A stretch of DNA of 62,551 bases, filler included, from Aduncisulcus paluster (lineage: Eukaryota): the NCBI GenBank assembly GCA_024181965.1. It is 6 parts of 6 records of this genome, joined end to end, with 100 filler letters (N's around TTAATTAATTAA, not from the genome) between each part and the next. Parts side by side here need not be neighbours in the genome. Positions count along the whole stretch, not along the records: positions 13,472 to 37,539 come from BQXS01012517.1; positions 37,640 to 47,050 come from BQXS01012520.1; 4 more parts are not named here. One strand, written 5' to 3'. The stretch's first letter is position 1. Each line of letters begins with the position of its first letter. The notes below the pieces were generated by a model that saw nothing but the letters and a program-made list of their open reading frames with translations, was not told the DNA's origin and did not search any database. The position numbers were made by a program, and so were the translations under genes. Positions 25,528-38,235 of the stretch are shown piece after piece.

Positions 25528-25804
25528 GAAATATTTGTGTTTTTGAAGAATAAAAAAGTATTTGAGTTCGATTTTCAAGGTGAATTTTTCAAAATTTCGG
25601 CGACTTTTTTTAGTCTCATTTTCTTGTACATTTTGATTTATTATCAATTAAATATTGCACAACTGTTGTACTGTTGTGTTAGTACAGTGCAAAAGCATAC
25701 AAAATGGCATATATTGCTGATGAGATCTATGATATTCTTTACAAAATTAGGTAATGTAAAGAAGGGGTTCTAAAAATAGATTATATGAGTAATTAATTTC
25801 TATT

Positions 25805-27117
25805 CTATTCTTCGAGGAATTCAAGGGCGTACTGAGATTGTCCCTCAAGCATCTTCACCATTTTTTCGACACATCCGACGGCCACTCCTCTCACATCGAC
25901 ACAGTCTTCAGGCGGTTGAACGCCAGCCTTTTCCCACATCGGAGTCTTTATATTACCAGGGAAAATGACCTCAAATTTAAGTGGTAACCCCCACAAATCT
26001 TCGTCTGCGCTCCGTTTGAGTCCCAACAAGGCATGTTTTGCGACGACATAAGCACAAGCGTCACCCTCTCCTTCTTCACAACAGGTACTTCCCATCGACA
26101 TGACAACACATAGAGGCCAGTGAACACTCGCAAAACGAAGTGCCAATAGCGAAGGATGTACATGTGCTTGAATATGATGCGTCAACACATCTAAGGAAGT
26201 TTGTTGAAGTGGAACAAGATCAAGACATCCAGTACAGATAATAATACCGACAACAATGTATTTAGTGGCACTTTTCTCACTCAATAAAGAGGATTCTTCT
26301 TTTCTACGACGCTCAGCTTCTTCTCTTTTTTGTTTTTCAGAGAGCAACACACGAACGGCTTCAAAATGACGCTTTTGCCTCTCACGATCGATTTGGATTG
26401 TCTTAATTTGTTCTGTAAAAGTTATTTCAAGAGATTCAATTTCCTTTTGCATTTCTTTCTCTTCTTTCTCAATATCCAACTCATAATGGTATTTTTCGGC
26501 CATTTCTTTCTTTTTCTCAATCTGTTCAGTATATCTCTTTTTGATTTCCGATTCTTTTTTGGTTTTTTGCTCTGTTAACACCTTTAATTTCTCTTCAACG
26601 GCATTTTGGCGTCTGGCTTGCTCGGCATCCTCCTCTTTTTTCTTTCTACGAATCTCATCTTGCCTCTTCATTTCACGCTCTTCCGCCCGACGTTTCTCCT
26701 CTTCAAGCCTTTTATCTTCTTGGATTCTACTTTTTCTCTCTCGGAGAGCAGATTGTAGCCTAATAGGTTGCTGATAATACGCATATTTAAAATATCTCTT
26801 TTTATAATCATCATCATACGCAATAAAGTCAACTACATCGAGTATTTCATCCCAAAAAGCTTGTTGAGAACAATCTCCGAGGATAGATACATCAGAAAAG
26901 GAGTCTACATAAAACAATTTACACAGTATCAAGAGAAAAGATAATAAATAAATAAATGCACAAATTATTATTATTATGATAAAAATATTAACATACTACC
27001 AGGATCTGGCTTTCTTGAAACACAAATAGTGGAATATCCAGACTCTTTCACAGCTCGAGTGACAGCACGACCAACACCTCCATTGGAGCCCAAAATAATT
27101 ATTCCAACGCGCTCCAT
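25805..27117 (-). CDS. Short-chain dehydrogenase/reductase (SDR)-like protein with large coiled-coil insertion
   Basis: Exon 1 (27117-26997) encodes MERVGIIILGSNGGVGRAV, a GxxGxxG Rossmann motif. The GTATGT..TAG intron at 26996-26905 is frame-consistent. Exon 2 carries MGS, YVVAK (YxxxK) and FPGNIKTPM. Confidence 0.8.
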
Positions 27118-27332
27118 GATGTGACAAAATAAAATCTATAATAGATCTTGTTGATGAGTCAACGAAAACTTGGAAAAATCAGGATCGTCATTTTCTATGC
27201 AATAAAAAGATAATTGCAGCATTAATTTAATCAATTTATTCTATAATATTATCGATATTGTTTATTTTTCATTGTATTATTTTTTATTCGCCGAAATAGA
27301 AAATTTGCAATGTTATATTTGCTTTTCGTAAC

Positions 27333-29054
27333 ATGACTGATGATTTCAAGGTCTTATTAACAGAGATCCATGCTTTGCTTAAAAATCTCGGCATGGATCT
27401 CGCTCAAGATTTCAAAAAAGAGCTCATTGATAAGAAAACGGAGATGAATGCTAAATTTCATGCTAAAATGGCGGAAATTTTGCGTGTTAAGGAACACATA
27501 GGTATCGAAGGAGAAGAGGAAGATTTCTCATTTGAAAACTGTACTCTAAAAGATAAAGTTGATATGGCTTCTGAGCGCCTTGACTCCCTTGTTAAAATGG
27601 AAGAATCTGAAACGAAACTTTTAGAGATAAAACTCAACACCCTTAATGAATTTTGCAAAGAATTAAAAGAATACCATCCTATCCTTGATATTGATATGAA
27701 AGAAACAAAATTGCCCACTGCCAAGATACAAATAGATAATGCCATCGATGAAGTATGGGACGTGTATTATAAATCTTCTTGCAATGTCTGTAGTATATGT
27801 AAAACAATTCGGGAGCATTGGATAGAGCTTGGGATCGAACCCTATAAGGATTATAACCCAGATGCCTCTAAATCCTCCAAAACTCCATCATCTTCCGGCT
27901 CAAACATGCTTTCTCCACGTGCAATGAATATGTCTCCCTCGGCACCAACTCCCACGATTCTAGAGCTTGGCCGTCCATCTGACAACCCCTCAGGGCACAT
28001 CTCTGGGTTAACGATTGAAGATGAGCTTGATGACGAGTTGATCAGTTCTATAATTGGCTGCCCTGAGCAATATATTGAGAGAATAACGATAAAGAAACAA
28101 TCAAAGGGCTCGTTGGATAAGAAACAACACGGGGAGGAAGAGGACGAAGAAGAAGAGGAAGAAGAACTCGAAGAAGAGGAAGAGGAAGAGGAAGAAGAAG
28201 AAGAAGAGAAAGAGAAAGATCAAACAATCGATGCTGAAGAAACAGAAACATCTGAGGAAGAAGTTATAAATTATGTCTCTCCTGCTCCACACAACCTTCC
28301 TTTGCTCCAGTCGATTCTCGCCTCCCTTATTGATTTGCGTGATTCTCGTGCCAAACAGATCAGAGAATGTGCCAAACAGATCATACCCTTATGGGACCAG
28401 TTGAGTGTACCCCAAGATGAACGTGACAGCTTCTTGTCCGCTTACAGTGGCCTTACGATGGTTGTTGTGACATCTGTGAAGAAAGAGCTTGAAAGGCTTC
28501 GAGTTAAACGGAAAGAGATGGCTGGAGAACTCCTCAAACAGCGTGGAGAGACATTGAAGGCTCTTTGGGATAAGATGTGCATTGGACCAGAAGACAGAGA
28601 TCAGTTTTTACACACCATATCGATCGCTTCACCTTCCACACATGACAATGATGCCACAGAGCGTCTTTTGGCTGCTTACGAACGTGAAATTGCCACTTTG
28701 CAAACCTCTTATGATGAAGATTTTGAATTATACAGGGCAGTGGATAAATGTCATGAATTATTGCAACACAAAGCCGAATTTGACGAAATTACGAAAGATT
28801 CCACGAGACTATCAAAGAGACGCAGTGTTAAAGAGATTCGAAGAGAAGAACAACTTCGGAAGGTTGTCACTCAAAAACTTCCAATGCATGCACGGAAACT
28901 GGTGAAATTGGTGTCAACATGGGAAGAAAAGAAAGGAAAAGAATTCCCTCCGTTCACACCTGCTCTTCGAAGTACATTGCAAGGAATTGTCGACAAAACC
29001 AAACATGTCAGCATCGTGGAGAGGAGCAAGAGGATAAGAAAAGGAATGGGATAA
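27333..29054 (+). CDS. MAP65/Ase1/PRC1 family microtubule-bundling protein
   Basis: LWDQLSVPQDERDSF, ELERL, LWDKM and DSTRL...REEQLRKVVTQKLP...LVSTWEEKKGKEF match the MAP65 signature. Contains a poly-Glu insert. Confidence 0.85.
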   Translation: MTDDFKVLLTEIHALLKNLGMDLAQDFKKELIDKKTEMNAKFHAKMAEILRVKEHIGIEGEEEDFSFENCTLKDKVDMASERLDSLVKMEESETKLLEIKLNTLNEFCKELKEYHPILDIDMKETKLPTAKIQIDNAIDEVWDVYYKSSCNVCSICKTIREHWIELGIEPYKDYNPDASKSSKTPSSSGSNMLSPRAMNMSPSAPTPTILELGRPSDNPSGHISGLTIEDELDDELISSIIGCPEQYIERITIKKQSKGSLDKKQHGEEEDEEEEEEELEEEEEEEEEEEEEKEKDQTIDAEETETSEEEVINYVSPAPHNLPLLQSILASLIDLRDSRAKQIRECAKQIIPLWDQLSVPQDERDSFLSAYSGLTMVVVTSVKKELERLRVKRKEMAGELLKQRGETLKALWDKMCIGPEDRDQFLHTISIASPSTHDNDATERLLAAYEREIATLQTSYDEDFELYRAVDKCHELLQHKAEFDEITKDSTRLSKRRSVKEIRREEQLRKVVTQKLPMHARKLVKLVSTWEEKKGKEFPPFTPALRSTLQGIVDKTKHVSIVERSKRIRKGMG

Positions 29055-29357
29055 TATTTAGAAAGAAAGGAATGTCACAAATGGGAAAGCTTACAATATG
29101 ATATACAAAATCAATCAAATCAAATTTACTATTTGATCGAACACGTCAAATAGAATCTATTTTGAAGTTAAATGGTTTAATTTTCAACCTTTTTTTATTT
29201 TATTTAATATTAATCTTATGAATATTTGCCAATTTTTGAATTAATTTGATTTGTGGAATGTTGATATTAGCTGTTTGTCACCTGACCTTTTCATACTATC
29301 CTAGATCTTCTAGACAACTGATAAAATAATTGCCAATATATTTTTTTTTCTTATACT

Positions 29358-29575
29358 TCAGAACCACAAAGTGGCTCCACCATATATTACCGCCTCGAAA
29401 GGCAATAACACAGGGGGTGAAAAATAAATGCTCATTGATCAAGGTCAAGAACAGGGCGCTTAGAAGAGCCTCCAATAGAACCTTCCGCCTGAAAAAAGCG
29501 TTTTTTACCGGTTGAGAATTTCCATCCTCTAGTTCAATGCCTTCTACGAGTCGCACCTGCAATCGATGGCATCGA
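29358..29575 (-). ncRNA. Candidate unidentified structured RNA
   Basis: GC-richer island in AT-rich intergenic DNA. On the minus strand there is a 10-bp GU-containing hairpin with a UUCG loop (29386-29409) and a terminal 7-bp hairpin (29361-29377). No family recognised. Confidence 0.35.
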
Positions 29576-30098
29576 AAAATGAGAAGAATGATATATGAAT
29601 GATATTTATTGGATAAAAAAATTAATACGGGCATTTTAAATTAATTTATTAGGATTTTTCATCAATTTCATGAGTAATTTCAAGTTGAGCTCAAATCTGT
29701 TTTTTTGAAACACCGATTAGGGTTCTGTGGTTTTAATCTAGGTTTTTGATACCAATAAGTTCAACTTATATCATCTTTCGTATTTATTTTTGACTATCAT
29801 ATTCCAACACGCTGTGAGAAAGGCGGCCGTATCCATTTCCTTGTATTTTTCATTATCTTGGCGTCAAATTTCTTTATTTATCTCATTATTATTGAAATAT
29901 ATCTGAAATTTGACATTTTTTCAATTGTTTTGAACTCAGTTCAACTGATAAGAGGCTCTTACTGACATTTTCTACCAAAATCGTCACGTGACATCATCTT
30001 TTCTCTTTGCAAATATTTTTCTTTGCGATAATTCCCTTAAATTTAGATAAGATATTCTTAAAATTTAATTTATAAATATATTATTTTTCATCAACCCC

Positions 30099-30776
30099 AT
30101 GTCAAATGATGTTTCAACATATTTACTGTTTTTCATTGTGCTTTTTATCTTCCTTTCGATCCTTTTGACACTTATCATAACATGTATTGTTAATTCTTCT
30201 GGCAAACAGTGCTGTACTTATGAGGGTCGGAATGAATCAGCTGAAAAATCAAATTGTCGGGGACCAACTCAGAGTAATTTTTGTTCAACTTGTTGCGTTC
30301 CTACAGAATCATCGGCCATCGATATGATTTCTCATCATTCAAATGAGATCCCAGAAAATACTCTTGACACATGCTGTAACTTGTTTAATTTACTGAAAAA
30401 ATGTTGTAAAGCATATGAAAGTCCATTGGAATGGTATGATGAGAGGTCTTTAGATGATGGGGATACTCGAGTGCTGACTTTTCTCAATTCATGGGCTATC
30501 CGACGAAAACGGGCAAAATGCGATAGAATGGTCGATAAACTCCGACAAGAAGGATATTGTACACAATTTTACTCCCAAAAATTTTCATTTCCTCTTCCGA
30601 AAATGATTTCTGTCGAAAGTGAGTCCGAGTTCGATGAATGTCAATCCCCTCCAATATTATTCTATCAGGAAGGTTTTATGGATGATACCAGCGATATGTG
30701 TGTGTGTAAAACTGTTTTTCAAAGCCGATTCGATGAACTATCCCAACTTTGCGGATGCCGTGAAGTTTTTCACTGA
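30099..30776 (+). CDS. Cys-rich protein with N-terminal TM/signal anchor; 3' end chimeric
   Basis: Hydrophobic residues 8-31 and several CC pairs. The last ~30 nt are identical to STI1 sequence at a gap edge, so the true C-terminus is uncertain. Confidence 0.6.
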   Translation: MSNDVSTYLLFFIVLFIFLSILLTLIITCIVNSSGKQCCTYEGRNESAEKSNCRGPTQSNFCSTCCVPTESSAIDMISHHSNEIPENTLDTCCNLFNLLKKCCKAYESPLEWYDERSLDDGDTRVLTFLNSWAIRRKRAKCDRMVDKLRQEGYCTQFYSQKFSFPLPKMISVESESEFDECQSPPILFYQEGFMDDTSDMCVCKTVFQSRFDELSQLCGCREVFH

Positions 30777-31073
30777 AGCCATTGAGCGNNNNNNNNNNNN
30801 NNNNNNNNCTGATGCCTCATGAGGGGGCCAGCATAATAATAGGAATAAAAAAAGCATAAAACCAAACTCTAGATCTCAAATATTATGAATTGATCCATTA
30901 TTGTATATTATTGCAAACAAATTCTAAAAACTATACCAAAGAGAAAATAAAAAAAAAGAATATCATTGGATCTTTCTTGAGCTATTTAATTTTACTTTGA
31001 ACGTACAGCAACCAGATTCTTCTGTTATTCAACTTCAGCAAAATCAATTTCTCGAATTTGCTCGACCTCAATA

Positions 31074-32444
31074 ATGTATGTTCGATTTTTGTGAAAAAAC
31101 TACAATTTATGCGATGATTTATTCATTTTAATTCGTTTTAGGGATCCCAAGAAACCAAAAGAGAAAAAGCCAAAAAGGTCTTCCTCTTCTTCTCATCCAC
31201 CCAAAGACTATGTAATTACTTCTGCAAAAAGGATTACTCCCTTGTGTGTTCTTGGAAGTGGTGGATTTGGAGAAGTTCTTCTTGTTCATATTGATGGTAT
31301 TCCCAAGCCACTTCTCCTCAAGAAACTCCTACAGGTTGCCGAGCCGCATGTTATTTCTGATTGTAAGCATGAATTCAAGGCTCAACGGCGTCTATTTATG
31401 GATCCAAAATGCCATTCTTGTATCCCTCGCCCCATGTACATTATTGATTTGCTTGACCGGGATACTTTTCATGGAATGTATGGTTTTTGTATGGAATATT
31501 GCATTGGTGGAAGCGTTAAGGAATTTGTTCAGTCTTGGGCCCGAAATGATTCCTATCTTCCGACTTCTGTTCGTTCTCATCGTGATCTTCGTTCCACTTC
31601 CCCAATCCCTCCTGAATACAAGCCTGCTGAGGATATTTGCGATCCTATGACCCTTCATCCTGCGAAGGTTGCTGCCCTCTGTGTTGGAATGATCGAATGT
31701 CTATCTCTTGTCTTCAAGGCCAGGAAAGATGTCGTTCACAGAGATGTTAAGCCCGATAACTTCTTCATTCGTCGCAATGAGAAGGGTGAGTGCAGAGTTG
31801 TTCTTGGAGACTTTGGTTTTGTTAAGATCCGTGACTCTGTGAATTCTTCAGTATCTTCCAAGATCTTCTCATCTTCTTCTCAAGACAAAAAGGATGAAAA
31901 ACCCATCACCGCGAGTGGTCCTGAGAAGGAGAAGGATAGTCCTGTCGTCGAAGAGTCCTCATATGCTATTCGAGGCACTTTTGTGTATAATTCGTATGAA
32001 TCCTTAACTGCTGGTGTCCAGAATCAAAAGAGTGATGCTCACTCACTTGGGATGTCCATTTTATCCCTTTTCCTCGGTATGCACCCATTCCAGGATGATC
32101 AAACGATTCTCAGAATATCCGATGCTCTTCAACTTATCAGAACTCTAATCACGAGGATGGAGAAAAGTTGTCTCCCACAATTAAAGCTTCTTCCTCTCTT
32201 CAGAAGGCTTAAGTTCATCGAGGATCGTAAATATGAGCCCGTATATACCGCTCTTTCTGAGATTTATACTGGTCTTACTCAAATGGAAGAGGACGAGCGC
32301 TGGACTGTTCACCAAGCTGAAAGGAGGATTAGAGGTGTTAAACATCTACTCCCAGAAATTGGAGAAGGTTGGAGATGTCCTTCAATTGAGGATATTGCGG
32401 CCGCTCATGTGAAAAAATATGGTACTCGAGGATATATTATGTAA
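31074..32444 (+). CDS. Ser/Thr protein kinase of the same lineage-specific family; start codon split by an intron
   Basis: AT (31074-31075), a GTATGT..TAG intron (31076-31141) and G give MDPKKPKEKKPK in frame with [23 protein letters not shown] and GTFVYNSYE. Confidence 0.85.
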
Positions 32445-32628
32445 ATTATCACTCAAATGGTTGGCTGGTGTGTTATGGCTGTAAAACTTAATAAATTAAT
32501 TGAAATAGTGCTTATTGAATATTTAGATCCCGATTAAAATCATTCTTGACACTTATTCAATTATTTATTTATTTTAATCAACTTGTTCAAAATCGAATCA
32601 CAATAATCATTGATTTGGGGCAATTTTG

Positions 32629-35600
32629 ATGAGTAAGATACAACCAATAATTAAAAAATTGCAAAATATTCCCGAAAGAATTAGAAATATATGTGTAGTA
32701 GCCCATGTTGACCATGGAAAGGTATGTGATTTGTTCTGGATCTTCCTAGATCATTTTAAAATTTAATTCTTTCCATTTTTTATTTATTTTTCATTTTTTT
32801 CTTTATAATTAATATAGACGACTTTATCTGACTGTCTCATTGCAAGTAACGGAATCATCAGTTCAAAAAGTGCAGGAGATGTTAAATTTATGGATACTTA
32901 TGCCGCTGAGCAAAAACGATTCATCACAATGAAAAGTGGAGTCATTTCTTTATTAGCTGTTATGTCAAGAGTTGTTATCCCACCTAAACAAGAACAATCA
33001 GCGTCTGAAATGGGTAAATCTATTTCTTACGATCAACACAATGCGTTATTATCCTCATATATTCCCCCTCCTCCCTCCTCCCCACCTCTAGCAGGTCCTC
33101 ACTTAATCAATCTCATCGATACGCCGGGCCATGTCGATTTCAGCGGTGAAGTGAGTGCTGCCATGCGAATATGTGATGGCGCAATAGTAGTTGTTGATGC
33201 TATTGAAGGAGTTATGCCACAAACAGAAGCAGTGTTGAAAATGGCACTGTCAGAGAAACTTACACCGATCTTGTTTATAAATAAGATCGATCGTCTATTT
33301 TTAGAAGCCCAAATGAGTGCACGTGATGCCTGTCTCCATCTCGAACGTCTTATTGAGCATATTAACTGTGTAATGTGGGGTATTATATTGGGCAAGAATG
33401 CTGAAGAAATGGAAGATGCCCGGAAGAAAGAAGAGGAAGAAGAAGAAGCAAAAGAAGATGATGAGGAAAGCAATTCTGACATTTTATTCGAAGGTCCTTC
33501 AAAATCGTCTAAATCTATTGCCGATGTTCTATATTCTCAGAAAAACCGAGATATTTTCAATCCTCGAAATGGTAATGTTCTGTTTGGAAGTACCATTCAC
33601 AATTGGTGTTTTTCCTTGTCAGGATTTGCTTCATTTTTACTTGAATCTGAAGCTCTTCCAAATACAATTCCTCTTTCAGTTCTCACAAGAGCTCTATGGG
33701 GCAAAATAGGAATAGATATGAAGAAAAGATGCTTTGTAAAGATCAAAACACGTGCAAAAACTGTTGTTTCGGAGTCTTCAACCAAAAAAACATCAAAGAA
33801 AAGTTCTGGGAAAATTTCCAAAAAAAAGGGCAAAAAACCAAAAGAGAAATCAGTGAAAGTGAAAGATAATTTATTTACGAAGCTTGTTCTAAACACCATT
33901 CAACATATTTATGAACAGTTATACCTTAATCCTGATGTTAATTATGATGACATTGTCCACATTATTAAAGGATTGGGAATGGANNNNNNNNNNNNNNNNN
34001 NNNAGGAATAGATATGAAGAAAAGATGCTTTGTAAAGATCAAAACACGTGCAAAAACTGTTGTTTCGGAGTCTTCAACCAAAAAAACATCAAAGAAAAGT
34101 TCTGGGAAAATTTCCAAAAAAAAGGGCAAAAAACCAAAAGAGAAATCAGTGAAAGTGAAAGATAATTTATTTACGAAGCTTGTTCTAAACACCATTCAAC
34201 ATATTTATGAACAGTTATACCTTAATCCTGATGTTAATTATGATGACATTGTCCACATTATTAAAGGATTGGGAATGGAAGTCACTGACGAATCGTCTGC
34301 AAATCCTTCGATTCGTTTATCCCCATACCACCAATCTCCCTCCCTTCTCCTCTCTTCTTCGCCTCAACAAAGGATTCGAACTATCATGGCTGCTTTCCTT
34401 CCTGTTGGTAAGATCGTGATGAAAACTGTTTGTGAGTGTGTAAGAAGTGTTAAAGATGGTCAGTCGTTCAGAAAGGGCGTGTTATGGAACGAATCGTCTT
34501 CATTTCCTCTAGATTCATCACTTTTTTCATCAGTTACAAGGCCTAATTATCTTGTTCGTTCTCTTCAACGTTCAATATCATTTTCATGTGATGACCCCTC
34601 CACATCTCCTCTTCTATCGCTCTCCGTGAAGATCTTACATTCTCCAAAAGACGTTCCACAGGACGTGCTCCTCGAGAGTGTGAGGAAAAGGAAGTCAGAC
34701 GAACTAATTCAAAGACACAAGGAATATACCGAGTGGAAGAAAAGGTGCGATACTTTCGGATATAATCAAACATTGTGCGGGTCTCTCCATTCGTCTCTTC
34801 CTTCTTTTGTCCTTCCGCCTTCCTTGGCTCCTTCAAGTCATCCTTCACTGGAAATGAGTCTAGCAATGCGAATAGCTGTGGAAAGAGTAAGAGAAGATGA
34901 AGAATACATGAAAGAATATAGGTTAAGAAGGAAAACAAAGCCAAAGAAGGTGATGATTCCTTGCAAGACTATCTGTAATCCTAATGATGAATCTGAGTCT
35001 TCTTCATATATTGAACCATGTAAGTACGACTCTGAACCAACTCCCTCTTCCTCCTCTTCCTCTTCCTCTTACTCCTCTTCCTCCTCTTTCTCTTCCTCTT
35101 CCTCAGAGATGACAGCCTTCACAACTCTATATGAAAGAGGGTTATTCGGAAATGAGTGGCTAAGAATGTTGAATCCTGACCAAGTATCTGGGGGTATATC
35201 GAAATGTATAAGAGATCCATCCTCAACGTATTCTCTTGGCTCTGGCGATGAGTCATATCCACCATTCGTGTGTCTTGTTAGAGTCCTCAGTGGAACCATC
35301 AAGAAGGGAGATGTAGTGTATGTTCTCAGTGACAGATGGAAGGGTGGTCAAACAACAAGTCAAAATAAGTCAAGTCAAAATAAGTCAAGTCAAGATAAGT
35401 CAAGTCAAGATAAGTCAACTCTGGGTTCAGATTTAGATGTTCATCACACTCCTCGCTCATCCCTTGCCTTCTCAAATTATATGTCCACTAAATCGTATAT
35501 TAACAATACTGTAAATGTTCAGATTGACACTTCATCGGAAAATGATATCGAACACACTTCATCGGCACTCTCACCACCTTGCTTTTCATTGGCGGTGGTA

Positions 35601-37539
35601 ACAGATCTCCTCATATTCCTTGGATCTGAGTGTGTCAGTACTGATGAGGTCGGTGTAGGTAGTGTCGTTGGTGTAGTCGGGATTGGCGAGGGTATTGGGA
35701 AGAACGCATCCATTATCAGTGCGCGTATGACCATGCCATCGAATTCTTGCCCTTGTGGGTGTATAAAGGCTTCAAAGGATGACTCGATGCATTACATATG
35801 CAAGTGTGGGGCATCTGTGTTCTCAAAATCACATTGTGAGAGTGAAATAGCGAGACTTCAACGTTATATCCCGTCGTATCTACACAAATTCATGTATCCT
35901 GTCGAGCATGTCCATAGTGGCAAAGCTATAACAGCTCCTGATGATGATAGTATCATCTTATGTGAACATCCTTTAAGTTCTTTGTTCCCAAATTCTCCAT
36001 TTGTGTCAAAATATGACTCATATTCTTCAGAGCATTCCATAGATGATATTCCTCCTCCTCTATCTCCTCGCTGCCTGCCAGCACCATGTTTTTTGCCTCA
36101 TCTCCCGACTCTTTCTCTCCTTTTATCATGTCTCTTTAAACCTGTTCCTTCTCTTCCTGCCTTCTTCTCTCCTCCTCCTCTCTCTCAACTCTCATCCCCG
36201 ATCCTTTCATCTTCCTTGGTGCCTCTACATCCTGCACAATTCAACCTTCTATCTTCGGCTCTAGCCGTACTTTCTCACACAGATACCGGTGCTGAGGTTT
36301 CACTGAGTGTGAAAGATGGTGAGTGGCATCTTCGATGCATTGGGGAGGTACATCTTGGTGTGTGCATTAGGGAGTGTATGAGAATTGTTGGCAGAGAAGT
36401 AGAGAGGCGGAAGAGAAGGGAAAGAGAAATTCTTCAGCTTCGGCATAATATTCAACAATGGAAACAGTTAATGACTATTCGGAATGCAGAGTTGACGAGC
36501 AAAGAAGAGAAGAGAGAAGAAGACCTTGAAGGTTGCAATGAACATGAATCCTCCTCTTGTCTTACATCACTTTACAATACACTTCCTTCACATTCATTTC
36601 AAGGCTTGTCTTTGTCAGACATAGGCATCTGTGTGAGTGAGGGAGTTGTTTGTGTCCGTGAACGGGTCGTGGGACCATTTGAGGTTGTTGAAGAAGTTAA
36701 TGAAAGTATCTTGCAGGGGGCTGAACAAATTGCAGACGATGCCCGAGCAACTTTCGGAGGAAAACTCCTTGGTTCTGCTTGGAATGAGAAACAACTCCGT
36801 ATTGAGGGCATCCTTGAAGATCTTGAGAAAAAGAGAAAGTCTGATGCAGTGTCAGAAGAAAAGTCGACTTCATTGCCAAAGAAATTGGAGTCTATTTTGT
36901 ACCATTCTGAAGATTTCAAGAGTGGAATGTGTGAAGAACTTCCTTCTCCATCCGTCAGAGAAATATTATCTGAAACTCCTCCACACTATTTTCATAGGTC
37001 TTTCCGGGAAGTTCGTCAATCAACTCCCAATAATGATGATGAGAAAGTATTTAACATTGAGTGTGAACTTGTGACGAAAGCTATTCCAATTTCTGATGTT
37101 ATTTGTCAAGAGATGAGAGGAGAACGATTCAAGGATAAAGTCAGAAATGTTCGAAAGATTCTCGAAGAAACTCATTCTGCAACACATGTTTCCGTTGTTG
37201 ACCCAATTCTTGTTGTTATTTCATCTCTGTTACAAGCTTTTGGATGGAGCAAAGACATGAGCGATCGTGTTTGTGGTTATTATCCTTCTTTTAGCTCCGC
37301 AGATAAGGCATCAGCGTCGAGATCGAGTCTTGACATTCCTTCTCCAACATGTCTTATATTTGCCCCTCCGTATAACTGTTCCAACTCTCAGCTTCTTCCT
37401 CTTTTCCAACAGCTGGATGGTCATACACATTCTATTCTATATCCCTTGTTGATATCTTCACTCTCTGTCGTTTGTCAAAAGGGCCCGTTATGTAGTGGAG
37501 AAGTTGTATCTTGCGCATTCATGTGTGAATATCTAAAAA
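32629..37539 (+). CDS. EFL1: Elongation factor-like GTPase 1 (EFL1/RIA1), expanded, 3'-truncated
   Basis: Exon 1 (32629-32721) ends IRNICVVAHVDHGK, followed by an intron at 32722-32817. It continues TTLSDCLIASNGIIS, INLIDTPGHVDFSGEVSAAMRICDG, NKID, GEVHL and GPLC. There is a gap duplication at 33984-34003. Confidence 0.88.
35356..35418 (+). repeat. 15-bp coding tandem repeat x4 (SQ[N/D]KS)
   Basis: caagtcaa[a/g]ataagt repeated inside the EFL1 ORF. Confidence 0.85.
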
Positions 37540-38235
37540 NNNNNNNNNNNNNNNNNNNNNNNNNNNNNNNNNNNNNNNNNNNNTTAATTAATTAANNNNN
37601 NNNNNNNNNNNNNNNNNNNNNNNNNNNNNNNNNNNNNNNGTGGTAAGAGGACAAAAGTTGCTTTCGATGCTTCTGAGAGGATATAATGGTGATTAAATCA
37701 GGAATGAATTTATATCTTTTGGTTTTAAAAAAATCCCCAATTAACAAATCTAATTGGTGCCAAACACCAAATATTTTTATCATTGTATATTTTTTGTCAT
37801 CATATAATCTCTTGCCAACATTCTGCATGAGAGCGTCGTGTGATGATAAAAGTTGGCTTGATCTTCAGGTCTGAGAAGAACTTTATCAATTTGTCTGCTA
37901 TTTCTTGTCCTCTTGTAGATTTCTCCCCTTCCTCTTCCTCTTTCTCTTTCTGTTTCTTATCTTTGCTGTTTGCCTTGGAATATTGAGCATGTAACGCCAA
38001 GGTTAGGCCAAATACCTTCACATTCTTGACTTTGCCCAAGTCTTTCCTTGGTCATATTCCGTAATGCATCCAAAATACTGATTTTTCCCCAAATTTATAT
38101 TTCAAAAAAATGATGTTTTAGGCCTCTCAAAATCGTGATTTTTACCACTAAAAGCCAAAATTTTCCCAAAATTACCACTAAAATGGCCAAGTGGTAATTC
38201 TTACAAACCTTGACCAGTTTTGGCGCCAACAAGAG

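Noticed and set aside
30744..30788. STI1 sequence at the end of an unrelated ORF, resembling a gene fusion
   Set aside because: Identical to about 25017-25060 and directly abutting an N gap; a chimeric contig end.
37800..38039. Short charged ORF near a scaffold start
   Set aside because: No ATG, an upstream in-frame stop and no recognisable homology.
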